Below, piece after piece: positions 25,012 through 25,538 of a stretch of DNA of 25,538 nt. Position 1 is the stretch's first letter; each line of letters opens with the position of its first letter. The stretch is from a virus (Duplodnaviria; Caudoviricetes), in IMG/VR virus record IMGVR_UViG_3300032266_001360, positions 1 to 25,538 of that record, one strand, 5' to 3'. The notes under the pieces were generated by a model. It saw only the letters and a list, made by a program, of their open reading frames with translations, was not told the DNA's origin and searched no databases. A program made the position numbers and the translations under genes.

Positions 25012-25538
25012 GGCAATTTATCTTCCTCTTTAAAAGTTCCACCACTTTGTTTATTACTTGCTTGCTTATAGTTAATCGGAAACTTTCCGCTTCTCTCATC
25101 CATAAACTCGCTATATCTAGCATGATCAGGCGTAATTATGGTCTTGATCTCGTTACGAGGTTGATTGCCTTTATCATTAATGGTAATTTCAGCTACACAT
25201 ATAAGGTTATCAAGATCAGCAAAGCTCTTAATCTGTCTCTGCTTTTCTGCCTCCGGTGATTTATCTTTAGAATGCAACCCGCGAGCAGAGTTAAGAATGG
25301 CTTTAATCATACTCCTACCAATATCGGCATATCTATCACCCTCAGTCCCTAATCTGCTATTCATATTACAAAGACCGATATTGCTCCAGACTTTCCTATG
25401 TTCGTACTCTCCATTTAAAACTACGAACTCACAGGCAAGATATACGCAATTGCCTGCTTTACTTAAGGTAGCGTAGCCATCTTTAAATTCATCTGTTATA
25501 TGATTACCTTTTTTTATCAGCAGACGAACTTTTGCTAT
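25002..25538 (-). CDS. DUF669-like/phage WO-type putative ssDNA-binding protein, 5' end outside the window
   Basis: The frame stays open from the window edge (IAKVRLLIKKG...YLACEFVVLNGEYEHRKVWSNIGL) into the tracked ORF (GRSMIKAILNSARG); acidic C-terminal tail ending in LPWA. Confidence 0.6.
   Translation of the reverse strand: MAKVRLLIKKGNHITDEFKDGYATLSKAGNCVYLACEFVVLNGEYEHRKVWSNIGLCNMNSRLGTEGDRYADIGRSMIKAILNSARGLHSKDKSPEAEKQRQIKSFADLDNLICVAEITINDKGNQPRNEIKTIITPDHARYSEFMDERSGKFPINYKQASNKQSGGTFKEEDKLPWA

Larger units (their letters stand above)
1..25538. mobile_element. Prophage/phage region, podovirus-type packaging, head, tail and ejection modules; both ends lie outside the window
   Basis: Co-oriented, tightly packed terminase-portal-GroES-scaffold-capsid-adaptor-tail fibre genes. 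No tape measure or sheath gene, and no integrase or att site seen. Confidence 0.93.

Noticed and set aside
16231-25476. Antisense or nested ORFs at 16231, 19505, 22170, 22855, 23365, 23943, 25047 and 25165
   Set aside because: All lie within well-supported minus-strand genes and show no independent coding signal.

Overview
AT-rich window (roughly one-third GC, judged by eye) made up almost entirely of a tailed-phage or prophage virion-morphogenesis region of podovirus type. On the minus strand, read right to left, it carries a DUF669/WO-phage-like protein (cut by the window edge), two hypotheticals and a ParB-domain DNA methyltransferase. Packaging and head genes follow: small and large terminase, portal, a GroES-like co-chaperonin, scaffold, a tail-type structural protein, capsid decoration protein and major capsid protein. 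After these come small basic proteins, a head-tail adaptor, a patatin phospholipase coupled to a 1056-aa tail fibre with an S74-type chaperone domain, a pair of small paralogs and two DNA-ejection-type proteins. A Phd/YefM-VapC toxin-antitoxin pair sits antisense inside the virion region, back-to-back with a predicted capsid promoter and a ~175-nt multi-hairpin leader. At the left end a pilot/ejection-type gene and a broken gene start run on the + strand, converging on the main operon, which suggests an inversion or recombination junction. Low GC, WO-like genes and AGGTAA-type RBSs suggest a Rickettsiales-like endosymbiont host (inference). All product calls come from motif recognition and synteny; no database searches were run.
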